The notes below the pieces were generated by a model, which saw only the letters and a program-made list of their open reading frames with translations, made no database searches and was not told the origin of the DNA. DNA of 64,000 nucleotides from an uncultured Chloroflexia bacterium (GTDB lineage: Bacteria; Chloroflexota; Dehalococcoidia; GIF9; UBA5629), in the NCBI GenBank assembly GCA_963752975.1, contig CAVWAG010000004.1:87660-151659 (forward strand). Reading direction: 5' to 3'. Below, one piece after another: positions 27,304 through 36,498 of this stretch. Every line of letters starts with the position of its first letter. The first letter of the stretch is position 1. A program made the position numbers and the translations under genes.

Positions 27304-27398
27304 CGTGCTCCGGAAGAGCAGCCGGCGCCCTGCAATAAAACCAGGGCCAGCAATAATACTGACAATATACCGCTGAAATTGTTATGCAATCTGTTCAT
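27300..27398 (-). CDS. 32-aa lipoprotein signal-peptide ORF, probably the displaced N-terminus of the sulfatase
   Basis: MNRLHNNFSGILSVLLLALVLLQGAGCSSGAR* ends exactly where the sulfatase ORF begins, in a frame offset by 1 nt. Not in the supplied track. Confidence 0.45.
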   Translation of the reverse strand: MNRLHNNFSGILSVLLLALVLLQGAGCSSGAR

Positions 27399-27442
27399 CT
27401 TTTCCTGACCTCAATTTGATCCTGACTCGATCTGCGAGGCTG

Positions 27443-28276
27443 CTATTTGCCTTTGTTCTTTTTATGTTCTTCAAACCTTTCCCGCAGGTATGGCCAGCCC
27501 GGGGTTATGCCTTCCGTCAGACTCATGGCCATCATGGTGTGCGGAGGTTGCCCGACATTCATATGGCCCCCGGTCAGGAAGAGGTTTTCATCGACCTTAA
27601 ATATCTTCTCCGCCGGCATGCCTATAGCGATCTCAGTTTCATGAGCAGCAGCCACAGAATGGTCACCGAATCCGGGGATCACGATCTGCGGAACACCTGT
27701 GATCCATGGAACAAACCCTCCCTTCTGGCATGACTCTCCAAATCCCGAGAAATCTGATGAGGGGAAATCTTTACCGTCGTATACCATGGCATGGATAAGG
27801 TGCATCACATTAAGGCTGTTGCCGTAGGCCGTGACTGTATCTGGTATTAATTTTGCGTCCTGCAGCGGGGCACACACAAAACCGATATATCCTTTCATTT
27901 TCTCCGGGTAATTTTTACCCCAGCGTTTAATATAGAGGTTCCAGACGCCGGTTTCCGCCTCCAGGTCCTTGTGCCAGCCCTGCAGTATCTGGCTATGAAT
28001 GATCTCATCCGGGGTGGCCTCTTCCCACATATGCCAGGCTGTGGCAGCGGTGCAGAAACAGTCCTTGCCCGTCATGGCGATCGAGAAACCGAACCTCCTG
28101 GCATACGTCAGCGCCTGGCAGAGGCTGGCCTGCTGTCCCATCGCGCTGGGCCTGATGCTCCCTTCAGGTATCTCCGCCTCGCTCTTGATATATTTGATAC
28201 CTATGGGATAGGTAGCCAGGTGCAATTTGTCGTATACGCTTTTGCCCGCCTTCCTGTATTCTTCCAGTGTTCTCAT
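27443..28276 (-). CDS. DUF169 (COG2043-like) family protein
   Basis: 277 aa. The pattern YPIGIKY...SLCQALTYARRFG...C.C resembles DUF169. Paralogue of 46012-46853. Confidence 0.6.
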   Translation of the reverse strand: MRTLEEYRKAGKSVYDKLHLATYPIGIKYIKSEAEIPEGSIRPSAMGQQASLCQALTYARRFGFSIAMTGKDCFCTAATAWHMWEEATPDEIIHSQILQGWHKDLEAETGVWNLYIKRWGKNYPEKMKGYIGFVCAPLQDAKLIPDTVTAYGNSLNVMHLIHAMVYDGKDFPSSDFSGFGESCQKGGFVPWITGVPQIVIPGFGDHSVAAAHETEIAIGMPAEKIFKVDENLFLTGGHMNVGQPPHTMMAMSLTEGITPGWPYLRERFEEHKKNKGK

Positions 28277-28287
28277 AGACTACCTCA

Positions 28288-28866
28288 CTAATCATTATTC
28301 TTGTTCAGTAACGCTTCTTGCAGCATACGCACGGCGGTATCCTCATACCGCGAAATGTCCAGGTTCCGCCACAATAGGCATAATTTGGCAATCCACTGGA
28401 CAAATCCGCCGGTCAACTCCGATGCTATTACCGGTTCGTAATCCTGCATGTCACCGTTAGCAACCCGCTCTCGGAAAAAACGCCGTAAAATTTTCTGTCC
28501 CCTGGGATTCTCAATGGCCGCACCGCCGGCAGCTAATCCCAGGCGCAAATCAAGCAGTTCCAGTAAATCCCGCTCCCGGGAAGCTACGGCTAACGCGGCA
28601 TGCACCGCTTCTTTTATGGCTATGCGCGCGTCAGGATTTTGCATGGCCCGAAGAAGCGCATCAGCCACCATCTCCTGGTAACGGTCGCATAGAGCGTCAA
28701 GCATGGCCTGCTTGGACTCAAAGTAAAGGTACACCGTCCCCTTGGCAACCCCGGCAAGCTGAGCGATCTCTGCTACATGCGCCTTCGCATAGCCATTCTG
28801 CTTGAACACTTCGCGCGCGGCTCGTAATATATCCTCACGCCGGTTGGGATCAGCGAACTTGGCCAT
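28288..28866 (-). CDS. TetR/AcrR family transcriptional regulator
   Basis: 192 aa with ILRAAREVFKQNGYAKAHVAEIAQLAGVAKGTVYLYFESKQAML. Confidence 0.9.
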   Translation of the reverse strand: MAKFADPNRREDILRAAREVFKQNGYAKAHVAEIAQLAGVAKGTVYLYFESKQAMLDALCDRYQEMVADALLRAMQNPDARIAIKEAVHAALAVASRERDLLELLDLRLGLAAGGAAIENPRGQKILRRFFRERVANGDMQDYEPVIASELTGGFVQWIAKLCLLWRNLDISRYEDTAVRMLQEALLNKNND

Positions 28867-28872
28867 GATACC

Positions 28873-29307
28873 TCACTTTACCCGCTTGATGCTGGCCTCG
28901 ACATCTATACCCTCGCGCAGCGAGTACATGGCCAGCGTATCGCGGCTGACGATCTCCAGGCACTCGTCTAAAATCGACTGGTCGGCGTCGCCGATATCCA
29001 CCTCTATCTCTACCTGTATCTCATTAATCCGCGTGCGCAAAACCGAGTCCTTCTCCTTATTTGAGGCGGAACGGCCGGTCAGTGACCGCACATCAGCGCC
29101 GCGTTTGATCAAATCCGATGCCAGCGTGGTAGCCACACAGCACAGGGCAGCCGCGTTTAATATGCGGTTGGCCCAGTGCTTGCGGCCCTCCGGCGAAAGA
29201 TCTTTGTTGCTCACCTGGAACACAGGTACACCATCCGGCGTCATGGTGAAGAGATGGCCATCGCTGCCATCCCTACGGTATTCGACGACACAATCTGTCA
29301 GTTCCAT
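28873..29307 (-). CDS. OsmC/Ohr-family-like protein
   Basis: 144 aa from the ATG at 29307 (AAAGGAGG RBS). Its size and the AAALCCVATTLAS segment resemble OsmC-like proteins. Weak call. Confidence 0.5.
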   Translation of the reverse strand: MELTDCVVEYRRDGSDGHLFTMTPDGVPVFQVSNKDLSPEGRKHWANRILNAAALCCVATTLASDLIKRGADVRSLTGRSASNKEKDSVLRTRINEIQVEIEVDIGDADQSILDECLEIVSRDTLAMYSLREGIDVEASIKRVK

Positions 29308-29365
29308 TGCTCCTCCTTTGGCAGCGGTGCGGCTTACTGGCCGCACCGCCCTTTATCTCAATTCT

Positions 29366-31381
29366 TCAGGCACATTCATGCTTGTCCCAGGGCTGACGTT
29401 CGCCGCGCTGCAGCGCCGTCTCCATCCTGGCCAGGCCTGCCCTCAGCTTGCCTATCTCGTCGGATTTGAAGTCGGGATTTTTAAATAGTTGGTAAAGTAC
29501 CGCGCCATCGACCGTTGAAGGTACAGGCAAATCCATCAGGTAGCAGACGGTCGGAACTATATCGATCAGGTTGCAGGTCCGCTGCAGCCGGTAGCCCTTC
29601 TTGATGCCCGGGCCGGTAAAGGTCAGCAGCGCCTTCAGATTGCCCACGCCCCATTCAGCCGCGGGCAGGATGTTGGCGTGTTGTCCGGAAAACCAGGGGT
29701 AAACCGCGTATACCACGTCGCCCACATGGTCGCCGTAAAGTCCCAGTATGCGTGCGTCCTGCTTGGTCAGCGCCAGTGACACCGGGCGCTTGCCCGTCTC
29801 CGGGTCCACATAGGTCAGCAGCGCATCAATTATCTGCTGCTGCACTGCCTTGTAATCCTTGGGGTCCACGATGCCCTCGGGGTCGCGTCCCTTGAGGTTT
29901 ACGTAGATATATATGGCACGCTGGGGAAAACACTTGGATTTATTAACGTCGGGCGCCTGGAAGGCTACCTTGAACTCCTCTATCAAACCCTGTGCTCTTC
30001 CCTTTATGTCTCCCACGTTGGCGAAATCGATCTGCTTCTCAGACAGCACTGTCAGCCCGGCCGGTCCCAGCATCTTGTACGGATCTATAGCGGGGCCATC
30101 CGGTACCGCGCCGTGGTCGGATACAGTGATGACCAGGGTATCCTTATCCAGCACCCCTAATATCTGTGCCAGCATCTTGTCCTGTGCCTGGTATATCCTC
30201 AGGTGCGCGTCCCAGGCCGCCTTAAGCTTGTCTTTGTCTTTGTTCAGGTCAGGGTCCATCTCGGTCAGTATCATGTGGTAGGCCCAGTCAGGTGCATGCG
30301 CGTGCATGAAGAACATGTCCCATTCATGCTTGGTCATCAGGGCACACGCGCAATCAGCCATGTATTGGGAGTAGAATTCGTTGATCTCCACGAAGGTGTT
30401 CAGATCATACCATTCCAGCGCGTATCCTATGATACCTCCGGAATTTCCGTTGATTCCCTCGGCAGAAACAAGCTCAGCCATGATTTCAGGCGGGTTGCTT
30501 ATTCCGGTCCTGGGGCCGATTGAGCTGATGTATAGCCTGAAGTCCTCGGCATCGTCGCCCAGCTCTATCAGCTTGCAGCGGAAGAAACCCTCCTCCTCCT
30601 TGCCATCATCCAACTTGAGTTTTACATTGATTACAGGGCTCCATTCCCCAACCGCCAGGGTGCAGAAGGCTTCATTGAAATCCCTGGCCGGCGACAGCAT
30701 CGCCCTGTCGTAGCCGTTATCACCCGACTGGCGTGCAAGTACGTACCAAGTGGTTGGAGCAATAGGAGTTTCCGCATCACGGAATACCATTTTGGCCTCG
30801 AGCTCAAGCGGTTCATTTTCTTTCTTTGGCAGGTTTTTCCAGCCCTTGGCCTCGGAAAACTTGCCCTTTATCCCCCGGGGGAAAAAGCCGGATGTGATAA
30901 GCATATCATTGCTTAACCTGGCGCGGTTAAACATAGCCGGCATACCACCGCGATGCTCGCCCAGCGCCAGTCCCCTGCCACCAACCACGATGCCGTTCTT
31001 CATTTTGGAAGGCCAAGAACCAGGGTAGTTGAGTACGATACATTTCTTGCCGGCCTTGTCTGCTGTATCCCACAGGTACTCCGCTTCGCAAAGCTGGCTG
31101 TCGAAGGCCTGGACACAATTGGTGTTGACCGGTGTTGTCCCCGGCATGTGATAGTGGAAATCGGTTATACCGTGCGTTCCCGGCCAGGCGCCGGTGGCGA
31201 TGGAAGCCCAGTTGGGCGGTGTCACGGTCGGGTAGGGAACAAGGCAGTTTTCCGCTATCACGCCGCCATCAATGAGCTTTTTAAATGTCGGCAGGTGGCC
31301 GTCCGCGATATGTTTCTCGATCAGGTGGGGTAATGCGCAATCCAGCCCGATTACCGCTACTTTCTTTGGTACATTTGCCAT
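29366..31381 (-). CDS. alkaline-phosphatase-superfamily protein (type I phosphodiesterase/NPP-like), paralogue 2
   Basis: 671 aa with N-terminal VAVIGLDCA, candidate Thr nucleophile motif PTVTPPNW, and VSDHGA. No signal peptide. AAGGAGG RBS. Confidence 0.8.
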   Translation of the reverse strand: MANVPKKVAVIGLDCALPHLIEKHIADGHLPTFKKLIDGGVIAENCLVPYPTVTPPNWASIATGAWPGTHGITDFHYHMPGTTPVNTNCVQAFDSQLCEAEYLWDTADKAGKKCIVLNYPGSWPSKMKNGIVVGGRGLALGEHRGGMPAMFNRARLSNDMLITSGFFPRGIKGKFSEAKGWKNLPKKENEPLELEAKMVFRDAETPIAPTTWYVLARQSGDNGYDRAMLSPARDFNEAFCTLAVGEWSPVINVKLKLDDGKEEEGFFRCKLIELGDDAEDFRLYISSIGPRTGISNPPEIMAELVSAEGINGNSGGIIGYALEWYDLNTFVEINEFYSQYMADCACALMTKHEWDMFFMHAHAPDWAYHMILTEMDPDLNKDKDKLKAAWDAHLRIYQAQDKMLAQILGVLDKDTLVITVSDHGAVPDGPAIDPYKMLGPAGLTVLSEKQIDFANVGDIKGRAQGLIEEFKVAFQAPDVNKSKCFPQRAIYIYVNLKGRDPEGIVDPKDYKAVQQQIIDALLTYVDPETGKRPVSLALTKQDARILGLYGDHVGDVVYAVYPWFSGQHANILPAAEWGVGNLKALLTFTGPGIKKGYRLQRTCNLIDIVPTVCYLMDLPVPSTVDGAVLYQLFKNPDFKSDEIGKLRAGLARMETALQRGERQPWDKHECA

Positions 31382-31494
31382 ATTGTTCCTCCTTAATTGT
31401 GTTTTCTATGCATATCTGTAAAACTGATTGCTTTCTCAGATTTTGTTCAATGTGTTGATTTCAACGATTGGCATGTGCCATTCCTCTTATGACC

Positions 31495-33516
31495 CTACGG
31501 GGCGTCATCTTTTTTATCCCAGGGCTGGCGCTGGGTGCGTTGCAGCGCTAACTCCATCCTGGCTAAACCCTCTTTCAGCTTGGCAATTTCATCCGGTTTG
31601 AAATTGGGGGTTTTGAAAGTCTGGTAGAGCACGGCGCCCTCGGTTGTCGAAGGCAGCGGCAGGTCCATCAGGTAGCAGATGGTCGGCACTATGTCGATCA
31701 GGTTGCAGGTCCGCTCCAGCCTGTAGCCCTTCTTAATGCCAGGCCCGGTAAAAGTCAACAGCCCTTTGAGAGAACCGATGCCCCACTCCGCTGTAGGCAA
31801 TATGTTGCCATGCTGGCCGGCCACCCAGGGATAGACGGCGTAGATCACGTCACCCACCCAGTCACCGTACAGGCCCAGTATGCGGGCATCCTGCTTGGAT
31901 AAAGCAAGGGACACCGGGCGTTTACCAGTCTTGGGATCAACGTAAGTGAGCAATGCATCGATGATTTGCTGCTGCACTTTTTGGTAATCGGCAGCTTCCA
32001 CGATGCCTTCAGGATCGCGTCCCTTGAGGTTGATGTAAACATACAGTTCCCTCTGGGGGAAACACTTGGATTTACTGACATTGGGCTGCTGGGCAATCGC
32101 CCTGAATGTCTGTATCTCACCCTGGAAGCGGGTCGTGCTTGTTACCGGTATGGATAAAGTATTAACCTGCTTCTCTTCAAGTACCGTCAAGCCCGCCGCG
32201 ATGAGCGGTTTAAAAGGATCGAAGATGACGCCATCGGCAACGGCGCCGTGGTCAGAAACGAGTATGAATAGCGTCTCCTTATCGCAGGCCTGCATTATCT
32301 GCGCCAGCATCCGGTCCTGGGCCTCGTATATCTTCAAGTGTGCATCCCAGGCCGCTTGCCTCTTGATCTCATCCTTGGTCAGGTCAGGGTCCATCTCTGT
32401 CAATATCAGGTGGTATGCCCAATCCGGCGAATGGGCGTGCATGAAAAAAAGGTCCCATTCATTTTTACTCAGCAGCATACTGGCGGCATTGGCCAGCCAC
32501 TTCGTGTAGAAATCGTTGATCTCCACGAAAGTATCCAATTCGTACCACTCGAGTACAAACCCGAGTATGCCTCCCGCGTTTAAAGTATAGCCATCTCTGG
32601 TCTGTAGCTGGCCAGCAATCTCAGGGGGGCTGCTCCAGCCCGATTTGAAGCCGATCTGGGAAATATAGAAACGCAGATCCTCAGCCTCGTCGGATAGTTC
32701 CAGCAGCTTGCAGCGGAAGTCTGCCTCCTGCTCTGTGCCATCATTAAGCTTCAACTTCGTAGTTATGTTAGGGCTCCACTCACCCACTGACAACGTGCAG
32801 AAGGCATCCTTAAAGTCCTTTGTCGGGGATAAGGTGACGCGGTCATAACCGCCGCCGCCTGACTGGCGCGCCAGCAAATACCAGACAGGCTGTATCAAAT
32901 CCGGGTGAGCGCCTACCATGATCAGGCCAGCCTCTATTTCCATCGGGTCTTTTTCCTTGGCAGGCAGGTTTTTCCAACCTGTGGCGGGTTTGAAAGCACC
33001 TTTCACAGCCCTCGGGTAGATACCGGTGGTAATCAGCTGATCAAGGCAACCTTTAACGCTGGAACTCAAACCCATGATCCCATCACGGTTTTCGCCTACC
33101 GAAAGTCCACTGCCGCCAACAGTGATCCCGTGCTTTAGCTTGGCCGGCCATGAACCGGGGTAGTTCAGTACAATACACTTCTTGCCCGCCCGGTCAGCCG
33201 CATCCCAGAGGTATTCAGCCTTGCAACGCTCACTGCTGAACGCCTGGACGATGTTGGCATTGGTGGGGGTAGTCCCGTGAAGGTGTACATGGAAGTCGGT
33301 TATGCCATGTGTACCCGGCCAGGCGCCGGTGGCGATGGAGGCCCAGTTGGGCGGTGTAACGGTCGGGTAGGGGACAAGGCAATTGTCGGCGATGACACCG
33401 CCTTCAATAAGTTTCTTGAAAGTGGGAAGGTGCCCGTCCTTGATATGTTTCTCAATCAGGTGGGGCTCTGCGCAGTCCAGCCCGATTATTGCCACTTTCT
33501 TCGGTACATTTGCCAT
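31495..33516 (-). CDS. alkaline-phosphatase-superfamily protein (type I phosphodiesterase/NPP-like), paralogue 3
   Basis: 673 aa, in tandem with paralogue 2 and carrying the same motifs (IGLDCA, PTVTPPNW, VSDHGA). Confidence 0.8.
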   Translation of the reverse strand: MANVPKKVAIIGLDCAEPHLIEKHIKDGHLPTFKKLIEGGVIADNCLVPYPTVTPPNWASIATGAWPGTHGITDFHVHLHGTTPTNANIVQAFSSERCKAEYLWDAADRAGKKCIVLNYPGSWPAKLKHGITVGGSGLSVGENRDGIMGLSSSVKGCLDQLITTGIYPRAVKGAFKPATGWKNLPAKEKDPMEIEAGLIMVGAHPDLIQPVWYLLARQSGGGGYDRVTLSPTKDFKDAFCTLSVGEWSPNITTKLKLNDGTEQEADFRCKLLELSDEAEDLRFYISQIGFKSGWSSPPEIAGQLQTRDGYTLNAGGILGFVLEWYELDTFVEINDFYTKWLANAASMLLSKNEWDLFFMHAHSPDWAYHLILTEMDPDLTKDEIKRQAAWDAHLKIYEAQDRMLAQIMQACDKETLFILVSDHGAVADGVIFDPFKPLIAAGLTVLEEKQVNTLSIPVTSTTRFQGEIQTFRAIAQQPNVSKSKCFPQRELYVYINLKGRDPEGIVEAADYQKVQQQIIDALLTYVDPKTGKRPVSLALSKQDARILGLYGDWVGDVIYAVYPWVAGQHGNILPTAEWGIGSLKGLLTFTGPGIKKGYRLERTCNLIDIVPTICYLMDLPLPSTTEGAVLYQTFKTPNFKPDEIAKLKEGLARMELALQRTQRQPWDKKDDAP

Positions 33517-33548
33517 TTTAAATCCTCCTCATAAGACTTGCATGCATA

Positions 33549-34847
33549 TCAGCATTCGAAAGTTATTTCTCGGCGTAAACTCGTCAGTACATTTGCACTA
33601 TCGCCGGGGTAATATTTGGTTAAAATCAGGTTGGTTACAATTGAGAGCGCGAAAAACGGAAGTGTCCATATCATCCCCCACTGCAACCCTGAAGCCCCTC
33701 CCCCCAAATAGTCAGAGATAGCCCCGACAGCAACAATGCCCAGCGTAGCCCCCAATAGCTGCGCTATCAGACCGGATATGCCTATGGCCGTCGACCTTAA
33801 ACCCGGAGTTATAACATCATTGATAATGGTTAACCCGACCGGCAGGTTTAATCCGACGAAAACTGTCGCCAGGGCAAGCAATACCATAAACAATATAACT
33901 GATTGACCCAGGCTAAAAAATGCTGCGATATAGAAAATAAGGGCCAGGAAGGCTGTCAAAGCCATGAATAACGGCCTCCCGTTTTGATGGCTCTTCTGCC
34001 AGCGATCGGCTATTACGCCGCCCAGTGGAGCAAGCAGTAACATCAGGGCAACCCAGCCGAACTTCTGCCCTGCTTCAGCAGCATCCATATGATAAGCTCG
34101 CATCAGTAGCGCAGGTGTCCACACACTCATAGCTGTCGTGGTACTCAGGAAAAAAATCCCACCGATAGTCGGCATCCAGTATGAAGGGCATTTGAATATC
34201 TTTGACCAATCCTTGAAATATTTTCTGCTCAGCGCCGCCTCGCCCTTTTCCTTGACCGTTTTATAATCGGGCAGAAAATATACAATCGCTGCGAGGATGA
34301 CACCGGGTATGCCGAACACGTAAAACGGCGTACGCCAATCGCCGGTGGAAGTTATCAGCCAGCCGCCCACGATCAGGCCCACAACCATGCCCAGCTGACT
34401 GCAGGCAAAAAATATTGCTATTATAATGGACCTTATATCCTTGCGGAAAGAAACAGAGAGCCAGGCCTGCCCCACCGGAGAATACCCGGCTTCACCTGCA
34501 CCGACCATGAAACGCGCAGCTAACATTTGAACGATATTGGTACAAAATCCCGTCAACAATGTGGCAGCGCTCCAGATCAGGGCCATAACTGCAACGATCT
34601 TGCGCCGTGCCCACCTGTCGCCCAGTACGGCGGCAGGGATCATCATCACAGCTATACCCGCTGTGACCAGGGCCGCCAGGCTGCCGGCCTGCGCATCGTT
34701 CAATTTAAAATATGCCTTAACCGCCTCCAGCGCCACGGTCATGATGGACCGGTCTGCCATATTGATGAGCCAGAGCAAAGACAGTATGACCAGTATGGTA
34801 ATCGCTGAACCCCTGCCAACCTCGTACTTTTTCTCTTCCAAATTCAT
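33549..34847 (-). CDS. MFS transporter
   Basis: 432 aa, multi-TM, with an LGDRWARRKI loop motif. Paralogue of 20734-22017. Confidence 0.85.
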   Translation of the reverse strand: MNLEEKKYEVGRGSAITILVILSLLWLINMADRSIMTVALEAVKAYFKLNDAQAGSLAALVTAGIAVMMIPAAVLGDRWARRKIVAVMALIWSAATLLTGFCTNIVQMLAARFMVGAGEAGYSPVGQAWLSVSFRKDIRSIIIAIFFACSQLGMVVGLIVGGWLITSTGDWRTPFYVFGIPGVILAAIVYFLPDYKTVKEKGEAALSRKYFKDWSKIFKCPSYWMPTIGGIFFLSTTTAMSVWTPALLMRAYHMDAAEAGQKFGWVALMLLLAPLGGVIADRWQKSHQNGRPLFMALTAFLALIFYIAAFFSLGQSVILFMVLLALATVFVGLNLPVGLTIINDVITPGLRSTAIGISGLIAQLLGATLGIVAVGAISDYLGGGASGLQWGMIWTLPFFALSIVTNLILTKYYPGDSANVLTSLRREITFEC

Positions 34848-34919
34848 ACACTTCTCACTTTAATAACATTCTCATTCAATTTTTAAATGCATCCGCATCC
34901 CCATATTTAGCCCGTGCAT

Positions 34920-35927
34920 TTACGCCTTATTCTTGACCGGTATTCCGGTCGAGCAGGGCACCCCTACCGAGCACAGCCCACAGCCGTAGATGAAGATGTG
35001 ATAATGCTTGTTACAATAAGCCAGCGATTTGGATACCCGCTGATAACAGGTTTCCTTGTTATGTCCATTCTCATCGATAGCCTGAACTGGGCATTTTGCC
35101 GCGCATTTCAGGCACTTCACACCATTATGGTGCAGGCAATTGGCGTGTATGTTTTCCGGCCGCAACCGGTCAGGCTGCAGCCGCAGGTTAACAATGAAGC
35201 TGCCGCAGCGGTGTGCGGCGCCCTTTTCGGTGATGAGGAAGTCGTGCATGCCAAATGTCCCCAGGCCTGCCGCGTAGGCTATATGCCGGTGTGACCAGGG
35301 CGATGCCCAGCCTACCCTAGGGTAACGCTGCTTTCGCATCAGGGGCGTGACATCAGGAGCCACCGCCAGCACACCTCTATCCATCAAATATGACACTATC
35401 TCCCTGACCATGGCCTGGCTGAATATCTCTCCCAGCAAGCGGGTATGCGCCCAGCGCTCGGATGGCCACTCGGTCATGGCCGCGTTCTCCTGCCGGGTCC
35501 TTTCCGTTATCGGCATTACGAAAGATATCACACTCAGGTCAGCGGCCTTCGGTGCAGGGACTCCGTTGTTGGCAGCCTGCCATGCCATCCACTCCTCCGG
35601 TGTCAGGTGGTGAGGCCCGATGATTTTCTTGTATTCCAGGAAAATAGGGTCATCGCCCCGAACAAAGCTGACCAGCGGCTTATCGAATATCTTCTCACCG
35701 GCAAATGGATACTCCATCGCATTCATAGGGTGATTTTCCACTTTCTGCTCGATAGTTTCCCGGAACCATTTTTCGTCAAGAACCGGGGCGCCGGGGGCAG
35801 GGACATAGTCAGCATTGAATTTGGGCTGCCGTGGATGCCCTTTGCCTTTCATCTCGCCAACTGCGTTCTTAATGCCCCTGATATCTGTGATAAAAGATAG
35901 TCTCCGGTAACTATTGCGCACCGTCAT
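34920..35927 (-). CDS. QueG/RdhA-like 4Fe-4S protein, short form
   Basis: 335 aa with SHRHIAYAAGLGTFGMHDFLITEKGAAHRCGSFIV, then CLKCAAKCP and GCGLCSVGVPC cluster motifs. No Tat signal. Confidence 0.6.
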   Translation of the reverse strand: MTVRNSYRRLSFITDIRGIKNAVGEMKGKGHPRQPKFNADYVPAPGAPVLDEKWFRETIEQKVENHPMNAMEYPFAGEKIFDKPLVSFVRGDDPIFLEYKKIIGPHHLTPEEWMAWQAANNGVPAPKAADLSVISFVMPITERTRQENAAMTEWPSERWAHTRLLGEIFSQAMVREIVSYLMDRGVLAVAPDVTPLMRKQRYPRVGWASPWSHRHIAYAAGLGTFGMHDFLITEKGAAHRCGSFIVNLRLQPDRLRPENIHANCLHHNGVKCLKCAAKCPVQAIDENGHNKETCYQRVSKSLAYCNKHYHIFIYGCGLCSVGVPCSTGIPVKNKA

Positions 35928-36037
35928 TTTGCACCTACTTTATATTTTAAATTCCCGTTGTTTTAATTTGCCGCTATGCGCATTGCCTTTTCCAGGTTTA
36001 ATTAGGAATCTGTACTTTCCAACCATCACCTGGTTGA

Positions 36038-36451
36038 TTATTCGGGAAATATTGCTTTGACAGACGACGTTGCCTCGGAAAGTGCACGCGTGGCACCCGT
36101 TGCACGCATCACCTTGGCCATATTGCCGGTGAGCTTGAGTTGCCTGGTCAGCAGCGCCTGGGTCCCGTCAAGTTTCTTTTCATTGATCTTTTTCCACGTG
36201 GACAGATTGCCGGCAATGGTGAATTCCGGCTTGTATTTGTCCTTGTCTTTCTCCTCGATTATTTCAGATTTGCGGCACTTCCCATGCCATAGGTCGAGGT
36301 ACAAATACCTTCTTTCTGTAATCGGGCCGCCCGGTTCCAGTATAAAATAGAAATCACCCTCCCAGTCTTTGGCGGCCTCTTCATATTTCTTGCTCCCATT
36401 GATAGCCTCGACAAAAGCATCGAGCCATCCCTGGCTTGCGAACTCGTACAT
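36038..36451 (-). CDS. SCP2 sterol-carrier-like domain protein
   Basis: 137 aa. The W.DAF..AIN N-terminus and the C-terminal LKLTGNMAKVMR are typical of SCP2 domains. Confidence 0.7.
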   Translation of the reverse strand: MYEFASQGWLDAFVEAINGSKKYEEAAKDWEGDFYFILEPGGPITERRYLYLDLWHGKCRKSEIIEEKDKDKYKPEFTIAGNLSTWKKINEKKLDGTQALLTRQLKLTGNMAKVMRATGATRALSEATSSVKAIFPE

Positions 36452-36498
36452 CTCTCTCCTCCTTACTTATAGTTATCCAAGTCCCGTAGGGATCCCAC

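Noticed and set aside
31469-31480. TGGCATGTGCCA near-palindrome upstream of AP-family paralogue 2, considered as a sigma54 (-24/-12) promoter
   Set aside because: On the coding (minus) strand, TGGCAC is not followed by TTGC at the required spacing (it reads TGGCACATGCCAATCG), and there is no nearby enhancer-binding-protein gene.
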